A stretch of DNA of 64,000 bases from an uncultured delta proteobacterium (GTDB taxonomy: Bacteria > Myxococcota > Myxococcia > Myxococcales > Anaeromyxobacteraceae). Within the stretch, counting starts at the first letter, position 1, and the number at the start of each line of letters is the position of its first letter. Position numbers and translations under genes: made by a program. The stretch lies in NCBI GenBank assembly GCA_963814585.1, contig CAWFDF010000009.1:192001-256000 (forward strand), written 5' to 3'. A model generated the notes under the pieces. That model was not told the DNA's origin, made no database searches, and worked only from the letters and a program-made list of their open reading frames with translations. Below, one piece after another: positions 33,304 through 48,023 of the stretch.

Positions 33304-35649
33304 ATGCCCCCGCCCCGCCGCTCGTCCACCACCGTCGCCGGCGCCTGGCTGCTCGCCGGCCTGGTGGTGGCGGTGCCGCTGGCCCACGGCGGGGTGGACC
33401 TGCCGGTGCAGCTCGCCGCGGCGGTGCTGGCGGCGGTGGCGCTGCTGCTCGTGGCCCGCGGCTCGGACCGGGCGCCGCTCGTGGCCCTGCCGCTCCTGCT
33501 GGTGGTGGCCTGGGGGGCGGTGCAGGCCGTGCCGCTCCCCGGCGGGCGCGCCATCTCGCTGGATCCCCCCGCCACCGGGCGCGACCTCGCCATCGGCGTC
33601 GCCAAGCTGGCCGCCTTCGCCGCCGCCTGGCACGTGGCCGGGACGCGGCGGCGGCGCGACCTGGTGCTGGCGGGCCTGGGCGCCGCGGGGCTGGCGGTGG
33701 CGGCGACCGTGCTGGGGGCGGCGCTGCTCGGCCTCGGCAAGCTGCTCGAGCCGAGGTTCCCGTTCGGCAACCCCAACCACCTGGCCGGCTTCCTGGTCCT
33801 CACCGCCTTCCCGGTGCTGGGGCTGGCGCTGCGCCGGCGCGGCCAGGGGCGCCTGCTCTGGCTGATGGGCTTCGTGCTGGTGGTGGCGCCGCTCTTCCTC
33901 TCGCTCTCGCGCGGCGGCATCGGCGCCTTCTTCGGCGGCGCGGCGGTGTTCCTGGCCCTGGCCTCGCGGCGCGAGCAGGCGCCCGGCGAGGCGCCGCACC
34001 CCTGGCGCTGGGCGGCGCTGGCCGGGCTCACCGCGGCGCTCGGCGCGGTGGCCTACCTGGCGCTGGAGCCGGTGCTGCGCGAGCTCTCCACGCTGCGGAC
34101 CGCCGCGACGAGTCGAAGCTGGAGCTGTGGCGGCCGGCGCTGGCCATGATCCGCGACCACCCGCTGGCCGGCATCGGCCGCGGCGCCTTCGCCACCGTCT
34201 TCCCGGGCTACAAGACCGAGCCGGCCCAGGTGACCTTCCACTACCTGGAGAACGAGTGGCTCCAGCCGCTGGTGGACCTGGGCGCGCCGGCCGGGCTGCT
34301 GCTCATCGCCACGCTGGGGCTCCTCTGGCTCTCGGCGGCGCGGCGGCGCGACCTCTCCTCGGCCGAGGTCGGCCTGCTGGCCGGCACCGCCGCGGTGGCG
34401 GCGCAGAACCTGGTGGACTTCTCGCTGGAGTTCGCCGGCGTGGGCGTGCCGTTCATGGTGGCGCTCGGCCTGCTGACGCGCGGTGAGCGGCCGGTCCGGC
34501 TGCCCTGGCGCGGGCTGGCCGGCGTCGCGGTGGCGGCGCTGGGCGTGGCCGGGGCGGGGGCCGCTGCTCTGGCGGGCCCACCCCACCGACCAGGACGGCC
34601 TGGCCGTGCTGCTGGCCCCGGACGCCGCCGCGGCCGAGGCGGCGGCGCTGGAGGCGGCGCGCTGGCACCCGGCCGACTACCTGCCGGTGGCCACCGCCGG
34701 CATCCGCTGGGTGGAGGAGGACCGCTGCGCGCGCGGCCTGCCCTGGCTGACCCGCGCCATGGCGCTCAGCCCCACCGCGCCCGAGCCGCACCTCTACGCG
34801 GCCCGCTGCCTGGCCGCCGCCGGGCAGGACGCCTTCGCCCGGCGCGAGTACCGGCTGGCCATCCTCTACGGCCGCGGCGACGCCCTGCGGGAGGCGGCGG
34901 ACCGGTACCAGGAGGTGGACGACCTGCTCCAGGTGGTGCCGGAGACCGCCGACGGGCTGCTGGCGCTGGGCGGGCTGCTGCTGGGGCGCTCGCGCCCCGC
35001 CGACGCCGCCCGCGTCTTCCGGATCGCCCTCGACGACCTGCGCGACGACCGGGCGCTGCTGCCGCTGGCCAGGGCGCTGCTGGCGGCGGACGAGCTGGAG
35101 GAGGCGCTGGCGCTGGCGCGGCGCCGCACCGTCGAGGCGCCGCTCGACCCGCAGGGGTGGCGGCTGGCCGCCGCCGCGCTGCAGGCGGAGGGGTACGACG
35201 AGGAGGCCCGGGAGACGCTGGTGCAGGGGCTGGCCGCGATCCCCGGCTCGCCGCCGCTGGTCGAGGCGCTGGTGCAGCGGTCGCTGGCCGCCCGGCACCC
35301 GGCCGAGGCCCGGCGGCTGGCCGAGGGCATGGCGGCGCGCACCCCCGCCGAGCTGGCGCAGAAGCAGCTGCTCATCGCCGCCACGCTGGGCGCGCAGGGG
35401 CGGTTCGGCGAGGCCATCGAGCGGGCCCGCTCGGCGTCGGCCGTGCTGCCCGCCGCCCCCGGGCCGCTCATGGCGGTGGCGGCCTACTGCCAGCAGGCCG
35501 GCCGCCTCGACGACGCCATCGCCGCGGTGGAGCGGGCCTCGTCGCTGCCCGGGCAGGACCGCGCCGCCTACGAGGCGCGGCTGGCCGAGCTGGCCAGGGC
35601 CAGGGCGGCGCAGGGGCAGCGGCGGATGAGCGAGGAGTTGCTGAGGTAG
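33304..35649 (+). CDS. O-antigen ligase/Wzy_C domain protein fused to C-terminal TPR-like repeats; frameshifts near 34110 and 34565
   Basis: PFGNPNHLAG; LSLSRGG; DHPLAGIGRGAF; YLENEWLQPLVDLG; QNLVDF; helical TPR-like C-terminus. Confidence 0.8.
35619..35642 (+). repeat. 24-bp direct repeat (3' end of the ligase-TPR gene), second copy at 37054-37077
   Basis: gcggcggatgagcgaggagttgct is exact in both copies. Confidence 0.9.
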
Positions 35650-35664
35650 GGGCTGGGTCCGGGC

Positions 35665-35695
35665 TTGTCGGAAGATGATACTTTTTGTATCATCT
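35665..35695 (+). promoter_or_regulatory. Promoter with perfect palindromic operator
   Basis: TTGTCG 35665-35670, 17 bp, TATCAT 35688-35693, ATG 6 nt later. AGATGATAC-ttttt-GTATCATCT at 35673-35695. Confidence 0.75.
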
Positions 35696-35699
35696 GCCC

Positions 35700-36448
35700 A
35701 TGGCGCACCTGACCGCATTGGAGGCCTTGGTACCCTCGAGGGCTCGGCGCGCCCTGCTCACCGCCCTTTTCTCTCGGAAGCCTCCCCGGTCCGCGTCCGA
35801 CCTCGCGCATGCCGCCCGACTCACGCCCCGCGCCGTGACACAGCAGGTCGAGCGGCTCGAACGGGCTGGCCTGGTCATCGGCTTGACGTCGGGGCCGAGT
35901 CGCATGCTCCGGCCCAACCTCGACCACCCCGCCGCACGGGCTCTCGAGGCGCTCGTAGCCGCTGCTCCACTCGCCGAGGCCGATGACGATCTCGGCCGCA
36001 CGGACGGCGCTCGCGGCACACGGGGCCCCCTAGCCGGCGTCGCCCCGATCCACGCGCAGGACTCGAGGAGGCGGTGCTGCTTGGCGTGGCGGGCGTGCGG
36101 CGCGACCCGGGCTTCCTCCGCGTGCTGCCGGTGGTGGTCGCCCGGCACGCGGCGCATCTGAACTTCGAGCGACTCCGGTCACTCGCCGTAGCCCGGGGAC
36201 TCCGGGCCGAGCTTGGGATGGTGCTCGACCTCACCGCCGACGTCGCCGGCCTGCCCGAGCTGCGCCGCCAGGCGGCCCCGCTCGAGGACGGTCGAAGGCG
36301 TCGCGATCGCTTCTTGCCCGACTCCATGGGCGACCGGGAGCAGGAGCTCGCCCGGCGTCGGTCGCCAGCCGCCGCCCGGCGCTGGCACTTCCTGGTCAAC
36401 GTGACGGAGGAGTCGCTGAAGGATGTCGTGAGGAAGCATCGTGGATAG
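35700..36448 (+). CDS. Winged-HTH protein, putative antitoxin/regulator; frameshifted near 36000-36070
   Basis: LVPSRARRALLTALF...SASDLAHAARLTPRAVTQQVERLERAGLV; GTGA-type overlap with the next gene. Confidence 0.7.
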
Positions 36449-37021
36449 GTACGCGCTGCCGGAGATCGTCGAGTTCCTCCGTGCCCTCGACGGCGAGCTG
36501 GGCGAACCGGTTCGGGTCACCATCATCGGTGGTGCTGCGATCGGTCTGCTCTACGACCCGGCTCACGCCACGACCGACATCGACTTCGTCCCGGTGGGCA
36601 GCGCGCCCTTCTGGGCCGCCACCGAGAGGGCTGCTGGGATGATGTCGCGTGCCGTTCCGGTGTCGTCGGTGGCGCTCTTCGTCGCGCCCTACCAGTACGA
36701 GGACCGACTCGTCCGCCTCGACCTACCCGGCCTGGTGAACCTCCAGGTCGAGGTCCCCGAAGCGCACGACCTGGCGCTCATGAAGGTGGCGCGGGGGAGA
36801 GCCATGACCTCACCGCGGTCGAGGACTTGCACCGGCGCCACCCGCTCAGCTTGGACGTACTCGTCGAGCGGTACCGGGAGTCGCTCACCCAGGTGACCGG
36901 GTCGCCGGAGGACTTCCGCCTCAGCTTCCTGGCGCTGGTCGAGAGGCTGTTTGGAGCCACGCTCGCCGACGAGGTGGAAGCCAGGCTGCTCGTCGAGGAT
37001 CCCCCTTCCATCCCTTCCTAG
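36441..37021 (+). CDS. DUF6036-like nucleotidyltransferase (putative toxin); frameshift near 36800
   Basis: VTIIGGAAIGL..ATTDIDFV; YEDRL; PEAHDLALMK. Confidence 0.75.
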
Positions 37022-37053
37022 GCGTCCAGCCAAGGCCCGCCCGCACCATCGCT

Positions 37054-37087
37054 GCGGCGGATGAGCGAGGAGTTGCTCAAGCCTTGA
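37054..37087 (+). repeat. Displaced alternative 3' end of the ligase-TPR gene
   Basis: Reads [10 protein letters not shown] versus the intact RRMSEELLR*. Confidence 0.85.
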
Positions 37088-37106
37088 GGTATCCTCCCGG
37101 TCCGTC

Positions 37107-39079
<1,973 letters not shown>

Positions 39080-39113
39080 AAGGGCGCCCCCGGCGTGGTA
39101 AGAACGGCGCGGC

Positions 39114-40712
39114 ATGACCTCCCTCTCCGTCCTCGTCCCCGTCTACAACGAGCAGCACCTGGTGGCCGCCTCGCTGGAGCGGCTCGAGGTGCTGGAGCAG
39201 AGCCCGCTGCTCGACCGGCTGCAGGTGATCGTCATCGACGACTCCTCGCGCGACCGCACCGCCGAGGCGCTGGCCAGGTTCGCCCTGGCCCGCGGCATCA
39301 CCCTGGCCCCGGCCCTGCCCCACGCCGAGCGCACCCACGGCCACATCGACGTGCTGGCCCGCGGCGCCGGCCGCCACGGCAAGATCGACTGGCTCTTCCT
39401 GCAGCACGCCCGCAACGGCGGCAAGGGGGCGGCGATCCGCAGCGCGCTCGGCCGCGCCGACGGCGCCATCACCGTCTTCCACGACGCCGACCTGGAGTAC
39501 CACCCGCGCGACCTGCTCCGCTTCCTCCCGGTCTTCGTCGAGGAGCAGGCCGACGCGGTCTTCGGCTCGCGCTTCGCCGGCGGCGCGGCGCGGCGCGCCC
39601 TGCTCTTCCGCCACGAGCTCGGCAACCGGCTGCTCACGTTCCTCACCAACCTGGTGACCAACGTGAACCTCACCGACATGGAGACCTGCTACAAGGCCGT
39701 CCGCACCGAGCTGCTCCGCTCCATCCCGCTGGTCTCCGACGACTTCCGGCTCGAGCCGGAGCTGACCATCAAGCTGGCCAAGCGCGAGGCCCGCATCTTC
39801 GAGGTGCCGATCAGCTACTCGGGGCGCACCTACCAGGAGGGCAAGAAGATCGGCTGGCGCGACGGCTTCAAGGCGCTGGCCGCCATCCTGCGCTTCTGGT
39901 GGTCGGACCACGTCTACCAGGAGGACGCCTGGGGCTCGCAGATCCTGGGCCGGCTGGCCCGCGCCCCCCGCTTCAACGCCTGGATGGCCGACACCATCCG
40001 CCCCTACTGCGGCCAGCGCATCCTCGAGATCGGCTCCGGCACCGGCAACCTGACCCGGCGGCTCATCCCCCGCGACCAGTACGTCGCCTCCGACATCAAC
40101 CCGCTCTACCTGCACTCGCTGCAGGGGCTCACCGCCGACCGCCCCTACCTCGACGTCACGCTCACCGACGTGACCCGCGGCGAGACCTTCCCGCGCCCGC
40201 CCGGCGGCTTCGACACCGTGGTCTGCCTGAACGTGGTCGAGCACGTGGACGACGACGTGGCGGCGCTGCGCAACATCCGCGCCGTGCTCGCCCCCGCCGG
40301 CCGGGCCATCGTGCTGGTGCCGCAGGGGCCGGAGGTGTTCGGCACGCTCGACGAGGTGCTGGGCCACCGCCGCCGCTACACGGTCGAGTCGCTGGGGAGG
40401 CTGGCGGCCGACGCCGGCTTCACGGTGCGCGAGACGCTGCACTTCAACCGGGTGGGGCGGCCGGCCTGGTGGCTGAACGGCCGGCTGCTGAGGCGGCGCG
40501 ACTTCGGCCTGGTCCAGATCATGATGCTCAACCTGCTCACGCCGATCTTCCGGCTGGTGGACCGGGCCCTGCCGTTCGACGCCCTCTCGCTGATCGCGGT
40601 GATGGAGCCGGTCGCGCCCGGGGCCGCGACGACGCCCGCCCCGGCGGCCCGGCCCGCCGCGGGCACGACGCCAGGCGCCGGGGACCCCGCGCCGGAGGCC
40701 GCGCCGCGGTGA
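39114..40712 (+). CDS. Bifunctional DPM1-like GT2 / class I SAM methyltransferase
   Basis: VPVYNE; NGGKGAA; HDADLEY; TDMETCYK; GRTYQEGKKI; then ILEIGSGTG; CLNVVEHV. Confidence 0.88.
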   Translation: MTSLSVLVPVYNEQHLVAASLERLEVLEQSPLLDRLQVIVIDDSSRDRTAEALARFALARGITLAPALPHAERTHGHIDVLARGAGRHGKIDWLFLQHARNGGKGAAIRSALGRADGAITVFHDADLEYHPRDLLRFLPVFVEEQADAVFGSRFAGGAARRALLFRHELGNRLLTFLTNLVTNVNLTDMETCYKAVRTELLRSIPLVSDDFRLEPELTIKLAKREARIFEVPISYSGRTYQEGKKIGWRDGFKALAAILRFWWSDHVYQEDAWGSQILGRLARAPRFNAWMADTIRPYCGQRILEIGSGTGNLTRRLIPRDQYVASDINPLYLHSLQGLTADRPYLDVTLTDVTRGETFPRPPGGFDTVVCLNVVEHVDDDVAALRNIRAVLAPAGRAIVLVPQGPEVFGTLDEVLGHRRRYTVESLGRLAADAGFTVRETLHFNRVGRPAWWLNGRLLRRRDFGLVQIMMLNLLTPIFRLVDRALPFDALSLIAVMEPVAPGAATTPAPAARPAAGTTPGAGDPAPEAAPR

Positions 40713-41635
40713 GCGCGCTCCTGCCCGCCATCCGGGCGCTCACCAGCTTCTCGCCGATCTCCGAGCTCCCGGCCTGCGACCTCGAGGCGCTGGCCCCGGT
40801 GCTGGTGGCGCACGGCCTCGCCCCCATCGCCTCCTGGCACTGCGAGCAGACCCGGCTCGGCGCCGGCCTGCCCGACGGGTTCCGCGAGACGCTGCTCGGC
40901 CAGTACACCGGCACGGTCAACGACAACGTGCTGCGGCTGGTGACGCTGCGCAACGCCCTGAAGGACGTGCCCGAGGTGCCGGTGGTGCTGCTCGACGGCG
41001 CGGCCTACGTGGACTGGCTCTACCCGCACATGGCCTGGCGGCCGGTCTCCGACCTGCGCCTGGCGGTGCGCGGCGCCGACGGCCGGCGCTTCGCCGACGG
41101 CCTGCAGCGGGGCGGCATGAAGCTGATCCGCACCGGCGACGGCGGCCGCACCGCGGTCTTCTCCGACGGGCCGCTGGAGCTGGCGCTGCAGGAGGGGCTG
41201 TGGGCCGGCGCCGCCGAGGACGACGCGCTCTTCACCCGGGCCACCCCCGCCCGCGCCTTCGGGCCGGCGGCGGGCCGGCCGGCGCCGGAGGAGGCGGTGC
41301 TGTGCGCCGTGGGCGACCTGGCGCAAGCCGCGCTCTGGGCCCCGCTGATCCGCTACCTCGACCTGCGCGAGCTGCTGCGCCTGCCGCTCGACGCCGGGCT
41401 GGTGAAGGCGCGCGCCGGGCGGGCCGGCCTCTCCCGGGCGCTGTACGGGGCGGCCGAGCTGGCGGCCTTCTTCTTCCCCGAGGTGGCCGAGGCGGCCGAG
41501 GCGGTGCGCCCCGCGCTGGGCGCGGTGGAGCGCGCCGCGGTGGAGCAGGTGGCCGAGGGGGCGCGCGACCCGGGGAAGCTCCGTCACCTGCGCGGCGCCG
41601 AGGCGGCGGCACGGCTGGTGATCGCGCCGGCCTAG
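40709..41635 (+). CDS. NTP_transf_5-like protein with degenerate catalytic motif
   Basis: HGLAPIA; VVLLDGAAYVDWLYPH..RPVSDLRL (family pattern LKG...Y...R.M.D.D). GTGA overlap. Confidence 0.6.
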   Translation: MSALLPAIRALTSFSPISELPACDLEALAPVLVAHGLAPIASWHCEQTRLGAGLPDGFRETLLGQYTGTVNDNVLRLVTLRNALKDVPEVPVVLLDGAAYVDWLYPHMAWRPVSDLRLAVRGADGRRFADGLQRGGMKLIRTGDGGRTAVFSDGPLELALQEGLWAGAAEDDALFTRATPARAFGPAAGRPAPEEAVLCAVGDLAQAALWAPLIRYLDLRELLRLPLDAGLVKARAGRAGLSRALYGAAELAAFFFPEVAEAAEAVRPALGAVERAAVEQVAEGARDPGKLRHLRGAEAAARLVIAPA

Positions 41636-41650
41636 TGCCCGCGAGTGGCG

Positions 41651-41659
41651 TGCTACAAT
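41651..41659 (+). promoter_or_regulatory. Extended -10 (TGc-TACAAT), leaderless
   Basis: 6 nt before GTG 41666. Confidence 0.6.
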
Positions 41660-41665
41660 CCAGGC

Positions 41666-41917
41666 GTGAACGCGGAGTCCTCCACCGACACGCTCTCGCC
41701 TCGCGAGGTCGAGCGCGCCATCGACCTGCTGGTCGATGAGTGGCGCGTGGACGCGCTGTGGTACCTGCGACCGGACTACTACCCGCGCACCGATCCCGAA
41801 CGCCATCGCGTCCTCGAGGCCATCCAGGTGCACTCCAACCTCGAGGTCTTCAAGCGCGCGGCGAGGTTGAAGGCATGGCTCTCACGGCACTCCAGCGCAA
41901 CGTCTGCCTCTCCCTAG
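41666..41917 (+). CDS. Small hypothetical protein, putative antitoxin partner
   Basis: LVDEWRVDALWYLRPDYYP..RVLEAIQVHSN; overlaps the next gene. Confidence 0.6.
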   Translation: MNAESSTDTLSPREVERAIDLLVDEWRVDALWYLRPDYYPRTDPERHRVLEAIQVHSNLEVFKRAARLKAWLSRHSSATSASP

Positions 41918-42250
41918 CCGCGCTGCGGAAGCGCTCCGGCGAGAGCTACGTCGCAGGGGGCGGCGCGCTCAACGAGTTCGTGGCCGGGACCCGGCGGTCA
42001 CGCGACGTCGATCTCTTCCACGACACCGCCGCGGCGCTGGTCGCGACCTGGGAGCGGGATCGGGAGGCGCTCCGGGCCGCCGGCCTCGTGGTCGAGCCGA
42101 TCCGCGAGCTGCCGGCCTTCGTGGAGGCCCGGGTCCGCGACGCCGCCGAGGCGCTGCCGCGCTGAGCTGGCCGCCGGGCGGATCGGCTTCGACCAGGGCA
42201 GCATCCGCGGAGCCTTCCCCGAGCTGCGCATCCACGATCCAGCGCCTTGA
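41875..42250 (+). pseudogene. AbiEii-like nucleotidyltransferase with apparent large internal deletion
   Basis: MALTALQR...SYVAGGGALN..RRSRDVDLFHD N-terminus joined out of frame near 42160 to a C-terminal-like ELAAGRIGFDQGSIRGAFPEL. Only ~125 codons in total. Confidence 0.6.
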
Positions 42251-42280
42251 GGCGCCACGCCCCATGGAGAACGCTCCCAC

Positions 42281-43578
42281 ATGAAGATCGCCGTCATCGG
42301 AACCGGCTACGTCGGCCTCGTCACCGGCACCTGCTTCGCCGAGTCGGGCCACGACGTCACCTGCGTGGACCACGACCGGGCCAAGGTCGAGCTGCTGCGC
42401 GGCGGCGGCGTGCCCATCTACGAGCCGGGGCTGGAGGAGCTGGTCCACCGCAACGCCGCCGAGGGGCGGCTGCGCTTCACCACCAGCTACCAGGACGCCG
42501 TCCCGGGCGCCGACGTGGCCTTCATCGCCGTGGGCACGCCGCCCGGCGAGACCGGCGAGGCCGACCTGTCCTACGTGCTGGCCGCCGCCGAGTCGATCGG
42601 CCGGGCGCTCACCGGCTACTGCGTGGTGGTCAACAAGAGCACGGTGCCGGTGGGCAGCAGCGACCAGGTCAAGGCCCGGCTCGACGCCGTCACCGCCCAG
42701 CCCTTCGACGTGGTCTCCAACCCCGAGTTCCTCAAGGAGGGGGCGGCCATCGACGACTTCATGCGCCCCGACCGCGTGGTGGTGGGCGTGACCGGCGAGC
42801 GGGCCCGCGCCGTCATGGCCGAGCTCTACGCGCCGTTCACCCGCGCCGAGCAGCCCATCCTCTTCATGGACCCGCGCTCGGCCGAGCTGACCAAGTACGC
42901 CGCCAACGCCATGCTGGCCACCCGCATCTCCTTCATGAACGAGATCGCCGCGGTCTGCGACCGGCTCGGCGCCGACGTGGACCAGGTGCGGCGCGGCATG
43001 GGGAGCGACAAGCGGATCGGGCACCCGTTCCTTCACCCTGGGTCTGGGTTCGGCGGGAGCTGCTTTCCCAAGGACTTACGGGCCCTCACGACGATGGCCC
43101 GGCAGGCGGGCCTCGACTTCGACCTGCTCCGGTCGGTCGAGCGGATCAACGAGCGCCAGAAGCGCCTGCTGTTCGACAAGGCCCTCAAGCACTTCGGCGG
43201 CAAGTGTCCGGCAAGGTCTTCGGCGTCTGGGGGCTGGCCTTCAAGCCCAAGACCGACGACATGCGCGAGGCCCCGTCGCTCACCATCATCGAGGCCCTGG
43301 TGGGCAACGGCGCCATCGTGCGCGCCCACGACCCGGTGGCGCGCGAGGTGGCCGCCAGCTCCTCCCCGCTCGGTGGAGCTGGTGAAGGAGCCCTACGCCG
43401 CCGCCGAGGGCGCCGACGCGCTGCTGCTCGTCACCGAGTGGAACGAGTTCCGCCAGCCCGACTGGGCGCGGCTGAAGCGGCTCATGCAGGGCGAGTGGTC
43501 TTCGACGGCCGCAACGTCTGGGACGCGCAGAAGGCCCGCGCCGCCGGCTTCACGTACCACGGCATCGGGCGAAGGTAG
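42281..43578 (+). CDS. ugd: UDP-glucose 6-dehydrogenase, frameshifted
   Basis: IGTGYVG; NKSTVPVG; SNPEFLKEG; GFGGSCFPKD; GLAFKPKTDDMREAP; FDGRN. Confidence 0.93.
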
Positions 43579-43596
43579 GTGGGGTCGCCCCGACCG

Positions 43597-44280
43597 TCAG
43601 TTTCGCGTGCCGCGCCCCTGCGAGAGCCAGCACCAGCGAGGCCAGCTCCTCGTCCACCATCTTGAGGCGCCTCGCCACCGAGGGCTCGGCCAGCACGCGG
43701 TAGCGGGCGGTCGGCTCGGTGATGGCCGCGGCGGCCACCAGGTCGGCCATGGCGGCCGGGTCCTTCATGCGCGCCACCGCCTCGGTGAGCTGGGACACCC
43801 CCTCGGGCGGCAGGAGCGGGATCAGGTCGTAGCAGAGCTGGGCCAGCGCCTCGACGTCCCCCTGCAGCGCGGCGGCCCCGCCCGCCGGGTAGACGTCCTC
43901 CACCAGCTCGGCGCGGAACTCGCGCCAGGGGGTGCGGCGGGTGACCTCCTCCAGCAGCGCCACCCGCGCGGCGCAGTGGAGCAGCACGTCGTAGGTGCCG
44001 TTCTCCTTCTTCTGCTCGCCGATGATCAGGCACAGGCCGGCCAGGGTGAGCGCAGCGCGGTCCTGCGTGGCCTGGGCGGGATCCACCAGGGTCGGCACCG
44101 CCACCACCCGGTCGCCCGAGAGCGCCGCCTCGAAGAGGGCGCGGTAGCGCGGCTCGAAGACGTGGAAGGGGGCGGGCGCGCCGGGCAGCAGCACCACGCC
44201 CGGCAGCGGGAAGACCTTGAGGGCGGCACAGGCCGAGGCCAGCGCCGCCCTCTCCGTGGAGCGTGGCGCTCCCCGCTCAC
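43597..44280 (-). CDS. Stand-alone LON substrate-binding (N-terminal) domain protein
   Basis: LKVFPLPGVVLLPG..PFHVFEPRYRAL. Ends approximate because of frameshifts. Confidence 0.8.
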
Positions 44281-46719
<2,439 letters not shown>

Positions 46720-46889
46720 GGCGTGGGCGGTTCCCTCTGGGGAGATTGGGTGAATCCCTGCGGAATATCGGATCTTTGCGCGCGGGGCGCGGCCGCCGCC
46801 GAGCGCGGGGCGCGGGCGACGGGCCTCACGGGACGGCGGAATCTACTAGGCCGGAAACCGCCTTGTCCAGTCCGGGATTCGGAGCGGCC

Positions 46890-47465
46890 TCAGGGGACCG
46901 TGACGGTGGCGGCGGCCGAGCCGCTGCCGATGTCCAGGGCGGCGAAGTTCAGGTTGAAGTAGCCGGCCACCCCGCAGGAGTACATCACCCGTTTCACGAT
47001 GCGGAACGGCACCTTCTGGTCGGCCTGGATGTTGACGATCCCATCCCACTTCCGGCCCGGATCCGACTGGTGGATGAAGTCCCAGCGCTTCCGGTCCTCG
47101 CGCAGCCGCTCCTCGAGCGCCGGGATGTTGAGGTAGCCGGCGTCGCGCTCCAGGTCGGCCACGTCGGCCACCTTCTGGCCGGTCACCACCACCTGCTCCG
47201 CCGAGATGGCCACCGTGGGCGCCTGCTCGATCAGCTGGCCGTGGCGCGCGTCGGGGAGGCGGATGTCCTTCTGCATGTAGAGGACCTCGCCGGTGGCGCT
47301 GAACTGCTGCAGCAGGAAGATGACCAGCATGGTCATCATGTCCACCATGGGCACCACGTTCAGCTCGGCGTTGGTGCCGCGCCGGCCCCCCGAGACCTTG
47401 GCGCCCAGCACCCTGGAGCGCGCCAGTCGAGGGCTCGGGCGCTTCCCTGGCTGGACGATGGCCAT
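46890..47465 (-). CDS. aglS: ExbD/TolR-family gliding motor subunit AglS
   Basis: MAIVQPGKR; VPMVDMM; FSATGEVL; YLNIPALEERLR; VNIQAD. Matches my recollection of M. xanthus AglS. Confidence 0.8.
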   Translation of the reverse strand: MAIVQPGKRPSPRLARSRVLGAKVSGGRRGTNAELNVVPMVDMMTMLVIFLLQQFSATGEVLYMQKDIRLPDARHGQLIEQAPTVAISAEQVVVTGQKVADVADLERDAGYLNIPALEERLREDRKRWDFIHQSDPGRKWDGIVNIQADQKVPFRIVKRVMYSCGVAGYFNLNFAALDIGSGSAAATVTVP

Positions 47466-47477
47466 GCGGGTGCGCTC

Positions 47478-47975
47478 CTAGACGCCCGAGACGGAGACCA
47501 GCATGAGACCGGCGCCCAGGCAGGCGTCGATGACGTGGACCAGGTCGCCGTAGGGGACGGTGTCCTCGGCGGTGACGATGATCGAGCCCTGGTCGGGGAA
47601 CTCGCCCTTGACGGCCTTGAGGCGGGTGTTGAGCGACTTGAGGTCCTGCAGCACCACGCCCTCGGGGCTGCGGCCCATGCTGGGGATGTCGTAGCTGGCG
47701 TCGCCCACCGTGAGCGACATGCCGCGCTCGCCCACCGCCAGCGTCACCGCCAGCGCCTTCTGCGGCTGCTCCAGCGGCGTCGGCTCGGGGGCGCCGACGC
47801 CGAGCTGCTGCACCTGGAGGCGCGAGATCTGGGTCCAGACCGCGGTGTAGAGCAGGAAGGTGATGCAGCAGGAGAGGAGGTCGATGGCCGGGACGACGTT
47901 GATGGTCGCGTCGAGCGCCTTCTTCTTCCGCTTGCCGCCGCCGCCGCCCTGTTCGGGCATCGAACCGCCGCTCAT
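47478..47975 (-). CDS. aglQ: ExbD/TolR-family gliding motor subunit AglQ
   Basis: INVVPAIDLL..ITFLLYTAVWTQISRLQV, with the conserved TM Asp. Confidence 0.8.
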   Translation of the reverse strand: MSGGSMPEQGGGGGKRKKKALDATINVVPAIDLLSCCITFLLYTAVWTQISRLQVQQLGVGAPEPTPLEQPQKALAVTLAVGERGMSLTVGDASYDIPSMGRSPEGVVLQDLKSLNTRLKAVKGEFPDQGSIIVTAEDTVPYGDLVHVIDACLGAGLMLVSVSGV

Positions 47976-48023
47976 CGCCTGGCCTCCTTTCCGAGCTCGC
48001 TGGGGTTGGCGCCGCTGCCGGGA

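Noticed and set aside
41618..42250. Gene-end duplication around the 41.6-42.2 kb module
   Set aside because: Only a few matching bases (gatc..gcgcc); not significant.
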